This document shows, one piece after another, positions 37,796-50,289 of a stretch of 64,000 nucleotides of DNA. The position numbers and the translations under genes are program-made. The notes under the pieces were generated by a model that was not told the DNA's origin, searched no databases, and worked only from the letters and a program-made list of their open reading frames with translations. Within the stretch, counting starts at the first letter, position 1, and each line of letters starts with the position of its first letter. Source of the stretch: Narcine bancroftii (Eukaryota); NCBI RefSeq assembly GCF_036971445.1, contig NC_091470.1, positions 357,988,001-358,052,000 on the forward strand, read 5' to 3'.

Positions 37796-38322
37796 TTTAA
37801 TTTATAGGAAGGATATAAATAAGGTAGAGAGGGTGCAAAGAAGGTTGACAAAAATGTTGCCTGGAGTGCAGTATCTTGAATACGGAGAAAGATTGTGTCG
37901 ACTGGGACTTCATTCGTTGGAGCGTAGAAGGTTGAGGGGGGATTTGATAGCGGTATTTAAAATTATGAAGGGAATAGATAGAGTAGATGTGAATAGGTTC
38001 TTTCCCCTGAGGGTTGGGGAGATTGGAACAAGGGGTCATGCTAAGGGTTAGGGGGCAAAACTTTTGTAGTAATATAAGAGGATGCTTCTTCACTCAGAGA
38101 GTGGTGGCTAAGTGGAATGACCTTCCGGAAGAGGTGGTTGCAGCAGGGTCTATTTTGGCATTTAAGAGGAGGTTGGATGAGTACATGGATGTGAGGGGGT
38201 TGGAGGGTTATTGACAGGGAGCAGGGAGCTGAAACTAGTGAAGTTTCACTTAAATCGTGGCGGACTAGAGGGGCCGAGATGGCCTGTTTCCGTACTGTAA
38301 TTGTTATATGGTTATATAATTG
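37796..38322 (+). mobile_element. Relatively well preserved CR1 3' end
   Basis: YRKDINKVERVQRRLTKMLPG..RRRLRGDLIAVFKIMKGIDRV; FFTQRVVAKWNDLP; (GGTTATAT)-type tail. Confidence 0.92.
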
Positions 38323-39559
38323 CAAAGATCTCCTTTATTATTGGAGCAATCCTTTGCATGTCTACTGAAGTAATATGAAATAGACCCTGAAAATTTCTCT
38401 GTCATTCATATATTCTTCTCTTTCCTTCATCAGAGAACACTAACAAAGTAAAATGGGTGAATATTGTATATTAATGACACATTAAGGAAAGCAGTTTAAA
38501 TAGAATACTGCTCTTAGAAAAAAAATAGGCATACACCATGGTAACAGGCCTTTTTGACCCAATTACACCCAATTGACCTAGTACGCTTTTTGAATGGTGG
38601 AAGGAAACTAGAGCCCTCGGGGAAAACCCACCAAGATACGGGAGAATGTACAACTCCGTACAGACAGTGTGGGATTCGAACCCAAGGCCTTGCCGCTGGC
38701 GCAATAAGAGCATTGCGCTAACTGTATTGTTGTTGAAAAATTTGGCAGAGTTGATAATTTATGGTGCGGAAATTGGAGATTAGTAAAATCATACGCACTG
38801 AATGAAAAATAATAAACAAAGCTGAAGTAACAGAAAAATGTTTTAAAACTATAAAACTCTACAACACAGAAAGAGACACTTCAGCCCATCCAGCCCATGT
38901 TGAACTATTACAGTACCTAGTCCCATTGACCTGTACCCAGACCGCATCCCTCCATACCCTTCCCATTCATGTATCTATCCAAATTCATCTTAAATGTTGA
39001 AATCAAGCCTGTATTTATCATTTCAGCTGGCAGCACGTTTCACACTATTGCCATTCTTTGCATAAAGAAGTTCCTCCAAATGTTCTCTTTAAACCTTTCA
39101 CCTTTCACCCTTAAAACCCAAGAACTCCAGTTCTTGACCCATCCAACCTCAGTGGTAAAGCCTTCCTGAACTAACATCAGGCGTTATTGATGAAACATTG
39201 AGAAAAAATGTTCTCAGTGAATATACTTGAAAACAATAAAGCATTTTTTAAAAAGTACTGTTATAGGCTAATTTGGCCATATGAGTCCATGCCACCCAAT
39301 TACATCCAAATGACCTACAACCTCTGGTATGCTTTGAATGGTGATAGGACACCAGAGCACCCGGGGAAAACCACGCTGACACGGGGAAAATGTACAAATT
39401 CCTTACAGACCACATGGGATTCGAATCTTGGTTCTGATTGCTGGCGCTGCAAAGGCGTTGCGCTGCCATGCCAACCGTGCCCAAACACTGCAGAAATTTC
39501 ACACCAAGTAGTCTCGAGGATGTCAAGAATGCTTCAAAAAATGGGAAACAAAGTCCAGA

Positions 39560-40125
39560 ATTGTTTATCTTCGGAAATATTGTGGACATAAGATCTAAAT
39601 GAGGCTGTCCAAGTCCCAATTAGAATTTCTTAAAGTTACATTGGAGGTGGCCAGTATTCCGGTCACTTGAAAGTCTGATTCCCCTCTGGATATAGCCCAA
39701 TGGAATACGGAAATGCACAGTTGTGTTCCCCTGGAGAAAATTTCTTATAATCTAAGGAAGAAGTATAACATGGTTTTGCAGGTATGGCAGCCATACATGC
39801 AGAATGCAGGGTTGAATATTTAGGGCTACTTATTCTGTTCCTGAGTTCTATGTCCTTGTTCTTTCCCTTATCTGAGATCTAGGTAAGAAAAGTAATTAGA
39901 TCCTCTGAAGTGGACCCCAGATCCCGACATCTCCTCTTTTCTCCTTTTCCTTGCTTTTCTGCTACTTTCTTTTCTTTTTCTATCTCGGGAGGGGAGGGAG
40001 AATGGGGTTGTTTGGAAATATGGACCTGCATCATTGATTTTTCTTTTCATTTCGATTTATGCATTCAGGTAATGGTTAATTCTTGATACATGTTAGACCA
40101 CAAAAATTAAAATAAAATATTTTTG
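39560..40125 (+). mobile_element. L1-clade LINE 3' fragment
   Basis: WNTEMHSCVPLEKISYNLRKKY..VWQPYM; T-rich/G-rich 3' UTR, AATAAA near 40110. Confidence 0.75.
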
Positions 40126-40151
40126 AAAATGCTTTAAAAATGTTTACATAC

Positions 40152-40299
40152 CCCAAATGCCCCAAAACCAAAAATAATAACTATGAAGTCCACCACATCG
40201 GCCAGGAACATCAACACGTAGACATCCGTCACTGCGCTGTACTCCGGGTGGATGATGTTGTAGAAGAAATGTCTGATTGGGAAATAGACTTGAAGTGTT
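40152..40299 (-). CDS. PIEZO2: PIEZO2 exon 5 (148 nt): TLQVYFPIRHFFYNIIHPEYSAVTDVYVLMFLADVVDFIVIIFGFGAFG
   Basis: Absent from the ORF track; read by hand. Acceptor tttttcAG, donor GGG/GTatgt; phase 2-0. Confidence 0.95.
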
Positions 40300-40477
40300 C
40301 TGAAAAAGAAAACAATTTAATTGAAATTGCCTTGTTAGTGCTTGAAGGTTAATTTGGCATTTCGTCTTTGAACTTTATACATCGTGTGTACGAACTCAAA
40401 AAGCAGCAATTCAGTGAAACGTCTGCCAATTTAGTATTTTACATGAATTCTATAAATCGAGTCTCCTCAACACCTGA

Positions 40478-41297
40478 AGGCAGAGTGTACATGGTTAATG
40501 GGAGGATTCTTGACAGAGTGAAAGAACAGAAAGACCTTGTGGTCCAAATCCACAGATCTCTTAACGTCATAGCGCAGGTTGATAGGATAGTTAAGAAGGC
40601 TTATGGTATCCTGGCCTTCATTAGTTGGGGAAATGATTTCAAGAGCAATGAGGTCTATAAAACTCTGGTTAGACCACACTTGGAATATTAGAACCATATC
40701 ACAGAACAAAAATAGGCCCTTCCAGGATGTATCAAACTCTGATTCTGTCTAGTTCCACTGACCTGCACCCATAGAACCATTGAACATTATTGTGTTCAGT
40801 TCTAGTGGCCTCATTATCAGAAGGATGTGGAAGCATTGGAGAGGGGGTGCAGAGGAAATTTACCAGGATGTTGCCTGGATTAGAGAACATGTCTTATGCG
40901 GCAAGGTTAACTTTTCTCTTTGGAATGAGGAGGGATGGGAGGTGACATAATGGAGGTCCACAAGATTACGAGAGACAATAGACAACCAGCATCGTTAATC
41001 CTGGGGTGACATTAACAAATTCAAGAGGACATTTGTATAAGGTGAGGGGAGGAGTTTAGGGGAGACGTCAGGGGTAAGGCTTTATTGACATAGAGAGTAG
41101 TGTGTGCCTGGAATGCGTGGCCAGGGTTGGTATTGGAAGCTGCTCTAATAGGGATATTGAAAAGACTTTTAGGCAGGCACACAGATGCAAGAAAAACTGA
41201 GGGCTATGAGTGTGAGGGAGGGAAAATTTAGATTGAGGAATATGGTTATAACGTGGCTGAAGGGCCTGTATTGTGCCGTAATGTTCTATGTTCTATA
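40478..41297 (+). mobile_element. CR1 LINE 3' fragment with a small inverted CR1-tail insert
   Basis: YMVNGRIL..EQKDLVVQIHRSL..YKTLVRPHLEY; (ATGTTCT)n tail. Confidence 0.85.
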
Positions 41298-42944
41298 ACC
41301 ATGAGCTTCTGACCAACTGCTTCTTTAATTCTCCACCCTCTATCCTTGGCCTCCTACATAACCCAAGGCAGTATTGAGGAAAAGCATATTATCCTCCACT
41401 TGGACGCATCACAGCTCAAGGGGACAACCAGGGCTTCCACCATTTCAGATAATGAATCCTCCCTTTTTATTTCACATTTCCATCACCCACGATGTTTTTC
41501 TATTGTAATTTCGAACAACGATTTTGGTTCTCTCATTTACTCCTCATTTGGTCCTTCCATTGTTGCACCACCACCCTCTTTTCAGAGTGTGGCTTCCTCT
41601 GCATCGGATACACCAGTTGGGGGGGGGATGACTTTTCCCTTTTGCTTGCAGGGGTGACCCTGTGCTTCCACTCGGCTGTAATTCACTGACCCATTCCTGC
41701 TCTAAGCATGGATGCCTGTTACAACAAAGCCCAATGCCAGCTTGAGGAGTCATGCCCTCCGTCAGAGCACTGCTGGTCTCAATATCAAGTTGTCTGACTT
41801 TAGATAACTTACTCATTGTGTTTGAATAAGAGCTGGACAATTTTGCACCCTATAATTTTGATTTATGGTTTCTTTTCGTAGCTCAAGTCTGGGCTGTTGG
41901 TCTTGTTTGACCCACGCCTTTACTATTAAACACACAACCCGATCTTTCATAAGGTTGAACTGTTTCAGGTCACTTGGTCTCTCCCCATCAGAAAACATCC
42001 CCACGATTCTCTATCACCCTTGCCCTCTAATTTTTGATACCTAAAATTAACTTGTTTTTTTCTCCTTCCCTTTTACACAGACATTACAGGACAGAACGGG
42101 CCATTCAGCCCATGATGTTATGCCGACCTATATAAACTCACTCCACAACAATCTAACTCATCCCTCACACCCATAACCCTCAATTTTTCTTACATCCATG
42201 TGCCTAAGAGTCTTTTCAATGTCCCTTTTGTCCAAGCCACCACTACCACCTCCGGCAATACATACCAGCTACACATCACTCTCTAACATCTCCCCTTATC
42301 TTTCCTCATCCCACGATAAACCATACAGCCATATGTACAATTAATCTGTACAATTATAGTACAGAAACAGGCCATCTCGGCCCCCCTAGTCCGTACTGAT
42401 TTAAGTAATTTCCTCTAGTCCCACTCACCTGCACCATAACCATAACCCTCCAATCCCCTCACATCCATGCACCTATCCAATTTTTTCTAAATGACAAAGA
42501 TCCTAGCTGTCCATCCTATCTAAGACCCTCATACAAAGAGTCCAATAAATGGCCTCAGATTTGAAATGTTATTTGTTTGTCTTTCCATGGACAATCTTAG
42601 TCTGCTGAGTATTTCCTGCATTATCTGATTTTTATTTTAGATTTGCAAAGTCTGGCATTTTATTACATTAATCATCTCTCAAGATGGCGCCACATAAGCA
42701 ATATTTTGCAAGCTGCTTGCAACTGATCTCCATGCTTGAACACCTGCCTTCTAATTAATCACCGACAAGGTATTTTGTACTATCCCCTCATCTTCCCTTT
42801 CGCTCCATCTTAGAATCCATGTATGTCTGTGCGATTCTGATCTTGGGCCTGGACTGTCAACTGTTACACCTCCATTGAGTATTGCCAGCATTTTTTGTTG
42901 GCTTCATTCGTACAATTCTCCACTGATTCAGAGTCAAAGCTTTA

Positions 42945-45900
42945 CAGTGCAGACCCACTGCTCCAGCACCCCCCAACGGTCATGGCTGAGGCATCTACTG
43001 AGAGCGCGATGAGGGCCTCTGGTCGCGGGTGGGCCAATAGTGTGGCCAGCGCGTTCTTTGTTGCTGTGAAGTCGCCCTCTGCCTCTTCTGACCAAACCAG
43101 GACTTTGTCTTTTGCAGCGATCATTGAGAATATGGCTGCATGATGCAGGCTGCACTGGGAATGAACCGATGGTAAAAGTTCACCATACCAACAAACTCTT
43201 GCAGGCCCTTGAGGGTGGTGGGTTTGGGAAACTGATGCACGTCCGTGACTTTTTCTGGTGCCGGAGTGGCTCTGGTCGCCGAGATGGTATGTTCCAGGAA
43301 CTGCAGCGTCTGCTTGCCGAACTGGCACTAGGCCTCGCTGACCATGAGGCCAAACTCTGCTAAATGGGCAAACAGGGTGTGGAGGTTGACCTTGTGCTCC
43401 TTGTGGTCACGGCTGGCAATAAGAATGTCATGGAGGTTCACGAACACAAAGTCCAGGTCCCTGCCCTCTGCATCCATCATGTGCTGGAACATCTGGAGTG
43501 CGTTTTTGAGTCCGAAGGGCATCCGCAAGAATTCAAACAGACCGAACGGGGTGATGATCATGGACTTACTATGTCTTCAGGATGGACCGGGATCTGATGG
43601 TAGCTCCATACCAGGTTGACTTTTGAGAAGACCTGGGCACCATGCAGGTTTGCCGTGAAGTCTTGAATGTGTGGGATGGGATACCTGTCCGGTGTAATCG
43701 CGTCATTCAGGCGCCGATAATCCATGCAGGGTCACCAGTCCTGAGGATTTGGGGACCATGTGGAGAGGGGAGGCCCAGTGACTGTCGGACAGGTGGATGA
43801 TTACCAATTTCTGCAGGTGGGAGAACTCCTCTTTGGCCAGCTGTAGCTTCTCAGGCAGAAATTGCCTGGCCTTGGCATGCAGCAGGGGACCTTGCGTGGA
43901 GATGTGGTGATAGATCCTGTGCTGGGGGATGTGGGTGGTGAACTGCGGCTTCAGGATGGTGGGGAACTAGTTGAGTATGCTGGAATACTCATCCCTGGGA
44001 GTGGTGATGGCAACTATCTCCGGCTTGCAGTCTTCCGTGGCATCGAGGCAGACTGAGTGGAAAGTGTGAGCGTTGACTAGTCGCTTGCCCTTCACATCCA
44101 CCAGCAGGCCATGCGCTCTGTCGAATTTGGCCCCCTACAGTGCAGTATCCACTAAGGTCAGCTTAAAGCTCCAGCAGAACTTGTTTTCCCAATCTGTGGG
44201 TGCTGAAGCTTTTGATGGCAGAACCGTTGCCTGCCTGCAGAGTGGGACCCCGTGCTCGGGTATGGGTCTCGAGGGCAGTTGGGGATAAGACGCTCAGTTC
44301 GGCTCCCATGTCCAGCAGGAAACATCGGCCGGTGGACTTTTTTTTTTCAAAATTTTATTTATTAATTTTAACATATAAAGAAAGTAAGTAATACACGTAC
44401 AGAAAAAATACAAAATAAAGTAATACACGTATAAAGTAACATAGTTAATACAATACCAATCTCGGCATCTCCCCCTAACAACTAAAGACTAAGAAAAAAA
44501 CTATTTTTAACCCCTAAACCCCCCCTCCCCACCCCCACGATAAAGAGTGAAGAATTAATACTATTAGTATAATAATAAAAAAAATATATATCTTAAAAAA
44601 AAGATCAATATATATATAAAAACAAACAAAAAAACAAAAAAGGTATTAATTAAGTATTAATTATTAATCCAAAAATTTTTATTATATAAAATATATATGA
44701 AAAAAACAAGAACAAAAAAACTTAAACAAAAATAATTAATTCAAACTTATTTAAATTGTATATAATCAATAAATGGGGTCGACTTTAACTCATAAGAAGA
44801 CATCTTATCTTGTATAGAAAAAGATATTCTTTCCATAACCAAACAAAACTTCATCTCTGAATACCACCTATATAAAGACAATACATTTCTATTCTTCCAA
44901 GTAATCGCTATACATTTCTTGGCCACTGCCAGCGCTAAGTAAATAAAAGAGATCTGGTAATTATCTAATTCTAAATCAATCAATGGTTGCATATTCCCTA
45001 ATAAAAATATATCAGGGTCTAATACAATATGAAGATTATATAGATTATTAAATACAGATTGAATACCTTTCCAAAATTGTTGTAACCGATCACACAACCA
45101 AACAGCATGTAAAAAAGTACCAGAAACCTGATCACAATGAAAACAAAGATCTGACTTACTAAAACCAAATTTTTTAAATTTTTCGAGTGTTAAATATAAT
45201 TGATGTATAAAACTATAATTAATCATCGCCAATCTAGCATTAATCAATTTTCGAACACTATTACGGCAAATTTCAGACCAATCTTCTTCAATTATTGTTA
45301 AATTTAAATCTTTTTCCCATTTCATTTTATCTTTATCCCAATCTATTTTACTTTCACTTTCCAACAAAATACGATACAAACCTGATATATAACTCTTTTT
45401 TGGAAATGAGAACATGTATTTCTCAAAATCAGTTTCAGACAGTAAATTCATTTGACGACCGCATACCTGTTTTACAAAAGATCTTAACTGATAATACACA
45501 AATATAGAATGACCACTTATATCAAATCTCTTTTGCAATTCTACAAAAGAACAAAAATGACCTTCTAGAAAACAGTCAGATAAATTATGTATTCCTTTCT
45601 CCTCCCATTGTTTCAAAATAGTATTAGATACCGTGAAAGGAACAAGTTGATTATTATTTAATGGTAATCTTCCCGACCACTTATTTTTCAATCCCATTTT
45701 GTGTAATTTATTTGTCCATAAGTTCATTAAATGTTTCAATATTGGTACATCATAAGTTCGTAACAAATTTTTATTCCATCGAAATAAAAATTCATTCGAA
45801 AATTTTTCAGAAATAACTGCCAATTCTATCTGTGCCCAACTAGGCATATCTTGTGTGGCCATTAATGTTCTAAGAAATCTAAATTGAGCTGCTGCATAAT

Positions 45901-47158
45901 CCAAATTGAAAATCCCACATCAATTTTTTCAACGCCACCCTAGGAAATTTTCCTTTCCACAAAAAATCCCTAATTACTTTATATAGATCCTTAAAAAATA
46001 TTTTTTGTAAACAATAGGGAATTGATTGAAATAAATATTGTATACGAGGAAAAATATTCATTTTTATAGTATTAATTCTTCCTAATAAACCCAAAGGTAA
46101 ATCTACCGGCCGGTGGAGTTAACGGTCACATGCAGGAAGCTGTTTGCGTGGCCAGCCGCCGCAGCCATCGACGGTGGCTGGCCAAGTCATTTCCCTGAAA
46201 GATGCAGGGCTGTCTGCACTTACGAGCTTTTTATCAACCCCAGCGTTGATAATAGAAGCATCAGGTGGGGTGGTCCTCCTCCGGCTTGGGCTGGGGGGTG
46301 GGGGGAGGCTGTGACTGGCTGGGCCCTGGGCAGGTGACCTGACTGAGGGCGGCTTCATTTTCCCGTTTGGTTCGCCAGAGGGTGTCTGAGCGGGCCGCAA
46401 CTCGCCATGGGTCCATGAAGTCCTCATCCGCCAGCAAGAGTTGAATGTCTTTGGGTGTCTGCTCCAAGAAGATCTGGTGGAACATTAAGCAGGGCTTGTG
46501 ATCCTCCTCCAGCGCCAGCATCTCATCCATCAGGGTCGACGGTGCTCTGTCTTATAGCCCATCTAGATGCAGGGGTCTGGAGGCGCACTGCTGTGGGGAG
46601 AGACCAAATGTGCCAAGAAGGAGGTTCTTGAGGGCAGGGTATTTACCCTCGCCCGGTGGATCGTGGATGAGGTCGTCCACCCTGGCTGCAGTCTCCTCGT
46701 TGAGTACACTCACGACATGGTAAAACATTGTGGCATCTGAAGAAATGTTCCTGAGGCGAAACTGCGCCTCCACCTGCCTGAACCATGTATGTGGGCGATG
46801 CATCCAGAAGAGGGGCAGTTTCACCACAACAGCGTTGATCTCTGCGGGATCCATCCTGGGAGGCCAGAAAAATTCATTGGGGTCACCAATGTAGCAGCAG
46901 CTATGCTGAAGGAGACTAACGACCACCACGTTGGAGATTCTCCACGACCGTTTAATTAAAATCCCACGCGTGCCCTTTTAAGGGTAGTGTGAGCTCCGCT
47001 CCTGCGCGGGCAGTGACGTCATCATGGCTGCCTGAGGCATGCGCTGGGCTAATGCTACGAGGCAAGGAGATCCCCCAACGGTGCCATCTTCTTGTGGCTG
47101 CCCCGCCATGCGGCGGTACAAGCGGGGCCGATTTGCCACAAGTATGTGGGCCGCCACA
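42945..47158 (-). mobile_element. Ty3/Gypsy retrotransposon (element B), 3'-truncated, split by an L1
   Basis: 5' LTR 46890-47158 (TG..CA), PBS TGGTGACCCC, gag VKLPLFWMHRPHTWFRQVEAQF, RT IITPFGLFEFLRMPFGLKNA, RNase H start LSVDAS; no integrase or 3' LTR seen. Confidence 0.92.
44337..46106 (-). mobile_element. 5'-truncated L1-clade LINE with poly(A) tail and TSD
   Basis: GRINTIKMNIFPRIQYLFQSIP; 385-aa open frame with C-x2-C-x8-H-x4-C knuckle; poly(A) (T10 at 44338-44347); TSD CGGCCGGTGGA at 44326-44336 and 46107-46117. Confidence 0.95.
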
Positions 47159-47339
47159 TGTTCTCATTTAACCACAATTAGATTATAATCTATAATAGAC
47201 TTCACCTTCGCCTCTTCCTGCTTTTTGAAGCAGTAACTGTTTAGATATTGAATCATGTCAAGTCAGTTCTATTTATTTAACCCACAAATTGCACAAACAT
47301 AGGGAGGTGAGGAGGAGAATGGTAATACTGAGTAAACGT

Positions 47340-47765
47340 TGAGTGGAATACTCAAAAGTGCTGGAGAAACTCAGCAAGTTCACATCGCATCCATAGGAAG
47401 CGAAGGAACATAACCAAAGTTTCAGGCCTGCGCCCTTTGTCAAGATGTGAGGAAAAAGCAGGCCGACACCTGAATAAAAGGTTGGGGGCAGGAGAGGAGG
47501 GAAGAAGGGGCAGGAGGAAGTGCACAGGCTATTAGGAAAGAGGTCATAGTTGGATATGGGTGGGAGGGCAGAAACCAAACCTTCCTTACCTCATGGACAG
47601 ATGTGTCAGTGTGGGAATGGTGTGTGGAATTAAAATGGTTGGGGACTGGGACCTCCCCATTATTACAGAGGAAAGAGCGAAGGTGCTCAACGAAAAGTTG
47701 AGTATCTGCTTCACGAAATTACAATAAATTCTGATCTGCATTGGTGACGGATGTGGGGCAGAAGG
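47340..47765 (-). mobile_element. Penelope-like element remnant (others at about 19710-19940, 20480-20640, 21690-21885, 36610-36805, 41320-41450, 62375-62475)
   Basis: NHFNSTHHSHTDTSVH-type GIY-YIG tail at about 47590-47645 and the shared terminal motif AAGGGCxCAGGCCYGAAAC...CTGAGTTTCTCCAGCA. Confidence 0.72.
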
Positions 47766-48310
47766 AGCTGCTACTTCTGCCAATAGTTCTCGAGCACGCG
47801 GGGTGGGGGGGGGGTGGTGGTCATTGACCTACTTTGGGAATTTTTCCATATGTACCCATAACACAGTCGTGTTATTGGATTATTGATGGCCAACACTGGT
47901 TAACTCTCCTGGAAAGAATGGCTGACTTTCTGACCAGCCTGAGTATTGATAGAGGCTCATCCTTCACTTCCAGATTTACCAATTAAAATGCTGCCTTAAG
48001 GCAAAACTACGTCCAAGTGCACCACAGAGGCTAGCTACAAAATTCATTCTCTTTTATATTGTGTGGCGAACAATTTAAGAATTACAGTGTTCATGGATGA
48101 AAAATTATTTTCACTTTTACAGGAAGTCAGCAAAAAGGAATCCAAAGGTAGCCGTTTGCAAACAGATGCACACTTCAAACTTGTCCACGGAATAACATCA
48201 TTTACTATTCTCACGTAAAAATTCCCTTTCCCAGTATACAACATCAATCTCACTTCTCTAACTCAGTTGGCAAACCAGAGGCCATTTGTACTGAACTATC
48301 TTGCGGGCTA

Positions 48311-49118
48311 TCATATTTGTCGGTGTGTCATGTATAAGACGACCCCAGAATTTCTATGTAAAATGTAGGTTTGCAGCTATCCTTGCTGTATAAGATGATC
48401 CGCAAGTTTGCCACTTACTACTGAGAGCTGACTGCCCCAGTAGTCCTTTACCAGTCATCCCACTGACCAATGGGGTGATGCTATTAAGCACATTACCAAG
48501 CCACCCAGTCTTGGTTATTTTTTATTCAGCCAACTAATTTAAAGTAATGGCAAAAAACTGTCCATTACCTAGCATAATGTGTATTAAGCATTCCCAGCTG
48601 GTGTCACGTAAACACCAGTGAAATCACTGAGGCATTGGTTCTTTTACAGGACAAAGTGTCGAGTATAATTTTACGATTTACTTGATTCACAATACTTTAA
48701 AAGAAAATTACCCAGTAAAGATTTAAAGTTTAGTTTAAAGGATTAACGTCCACCCAGAGAGAGAGCTGATGATTATGAAGGAGTGAAAACTCAAACCTTT
48801 CCAGAAAAAAACCCTGTCAGCTGTTGCAAATGGCAACTGCTAGCTTCATTTGCTGTGCTGTTATTTTAAGGTTTTACAGGTCTATAATGCATTTTTATCA
48901 CTTTGATTATTATTAAAGCTTCCCAAACATAGGTTTCGGTGGAAAAATAATCAGTGGTAGGACCATAGGAGTTACGTGATGTTCTCCATCTCCATGGGGG
49001 ATACACTAAACCACAGGATGTTAAGGTTCGAATTTTATACTTGGTGTATAAGATGACTCCTGGTTTTGGGGTGACCGTTTTAAGGTGCAAATTCCATTTT
49101 ATATGCCGACACATACAG
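48311..49118. mobile_element. Non-autonomous Tc1/mariner-pogo DNA transposon
   Basis: TA flanks; degenerate TIRs (TCATATTTGTCGGTGTG / TATGCCGACACATACAG) and repeated GTATAAGAYGAC subterminal motif. Confidence 0.65.
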
Positions 49119-49365
49119 TATTTTCTGCCATGGACTTGCATCCATTAGGAACCAGAATGAATATGATCCTTTCACTTGAACCTCTTCATAATTATTAGTA
49201 AAACCATCCATTTCACTGGCATAGATTCAGAACAAAGGCACAGAGCAGATAATGGCATGAATCTAACACTTTACAGAGTCATTTTTCCACATTAAACTTT
49301 TAGCAAAGCAGCGGACATTTTTCGAACTGGCATGTCCTGCTGCACAGAAGAACATTTTCTCTTAC

Positions 49366-49501
49366 TTGGCAATGATAATGGCTTTTGCCTTGATCATTTG
49401 TTCTCTCAACTTTTCCAATAGTAGCTCTCTTTTATTCTTTGGTTGAATGCTGAGTGACCCACTTCCTTTCCGACTGCTGCTGTTCCGAGTACTAACGCTT
49501 C
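49366..49501 (-). CDS. PIEZO2: PIEZO2 exon 4 (136 nt): GSVSTRNSSSRKGSGSLSIQPKNKRELLLEKLREQMIKAKAIIIAK
   Basis: Acceptor ttcattcAG, donor AA/GTaaga; phase 1-2. Confidence 0.92.
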
Positions 49502-49844
49502 CTGAATGAAAGTAGAAAAATTTGAATTTTGAAAAAAAAATCAAACAAGGTAGAAGCAAATGAAAAACGTAGATGCCGTAATTCTGAAATAAAAATACGG
49601 AAAACGCGGTATGTACTCAACAGGTTGGGCAGCTTCTATGAAGAGAGAAATAACATTTAATATATCAGAAAATGAAATAAAAGTAACCTTCAGATTTAAT
49701 TTTTAACGTAATTTAATTTCATTTAGGGAAACAGGCCTGTTTGGCCCATGAACTCACGCCGGCCAAACACATCCATGTGACCAATTAACCGACTAACCTC
49801 ATATGTCTTCGGAATGTGGGAGGAAACCGGAGCACCCAGAGGAT

Positions 49845-50285
49845 ACTCATGGATGACCAGCATTCTGGGCTGGTTGCATCACTACCTGGTATGGAGGCAC
49901 CAACGCAGGACAAGAATGAGGTACCAGACTTCACTCCATCGAGGACATCTACATGAGGTGGTGCCTCTATCCTCAAAGACCCCTTCCCCCACCACCACCA
50001 CCCAGGCCATGCCTTCTTCACTCTGCTACCATCGGGGAAAAGATACAGGAGATTAAAGATGAGCACTCAATGGCACGAGGACAGCTTCTTCCCCGCTGCC
50101 ATCAGATTCCTGAATAATTAATAAAACAAAGACACTGCCTCACTTTTCATCCACTATTATTGTTAATATTATTTAATTTTTATAATAATGTCGTAAGATG
50201 GTTATAATATGTATGTTTGCACTTTGACGCTGCCACAAAACACCAAATTTCATGACTTGTTCATAACAATAATTCTGATTTTATT
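49845..50285 (+). mobile_element. Rex1/Babar LINE 3' end
   Basis: SILGWLHH-type, SIEDIYMR, PGHAFFTLLPSGKRYR; ATTCTGATT tail. Confidence 0.8.
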
Positions 50286-50289
50286 TAGG

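Noticed and set aside
42680-42945. AAGATGGCG (YY1-like) motif as a promoter
   Set aside because: A single short motif, more simply explained as the 5' end of a LINE-type repeat abutting the truncated Gypsy B.
44400-44745. Extremely A-rich low-complexity tract with C-runs as a special structural element
   Set aside because: It is the T-rich, G-tract-containing 3' UTR of the minus-strand L1.
44747-45904. Longest ORF (385 aa) as a new nested gene
   Set aside because: It is the C-terminal part of L1 ORF2 inside a TSD-flanked, poly(A)-tailed, 5'-truncated insertion and lacks its own ATG context.
47795-47940. G-run followed by TACCCATAA and AATGGCTGACTT, resembling the 61316-61424 palindrome
   Set aside because: Matches are only 9-12 nt and not collinear; too weak to call homology by eye.
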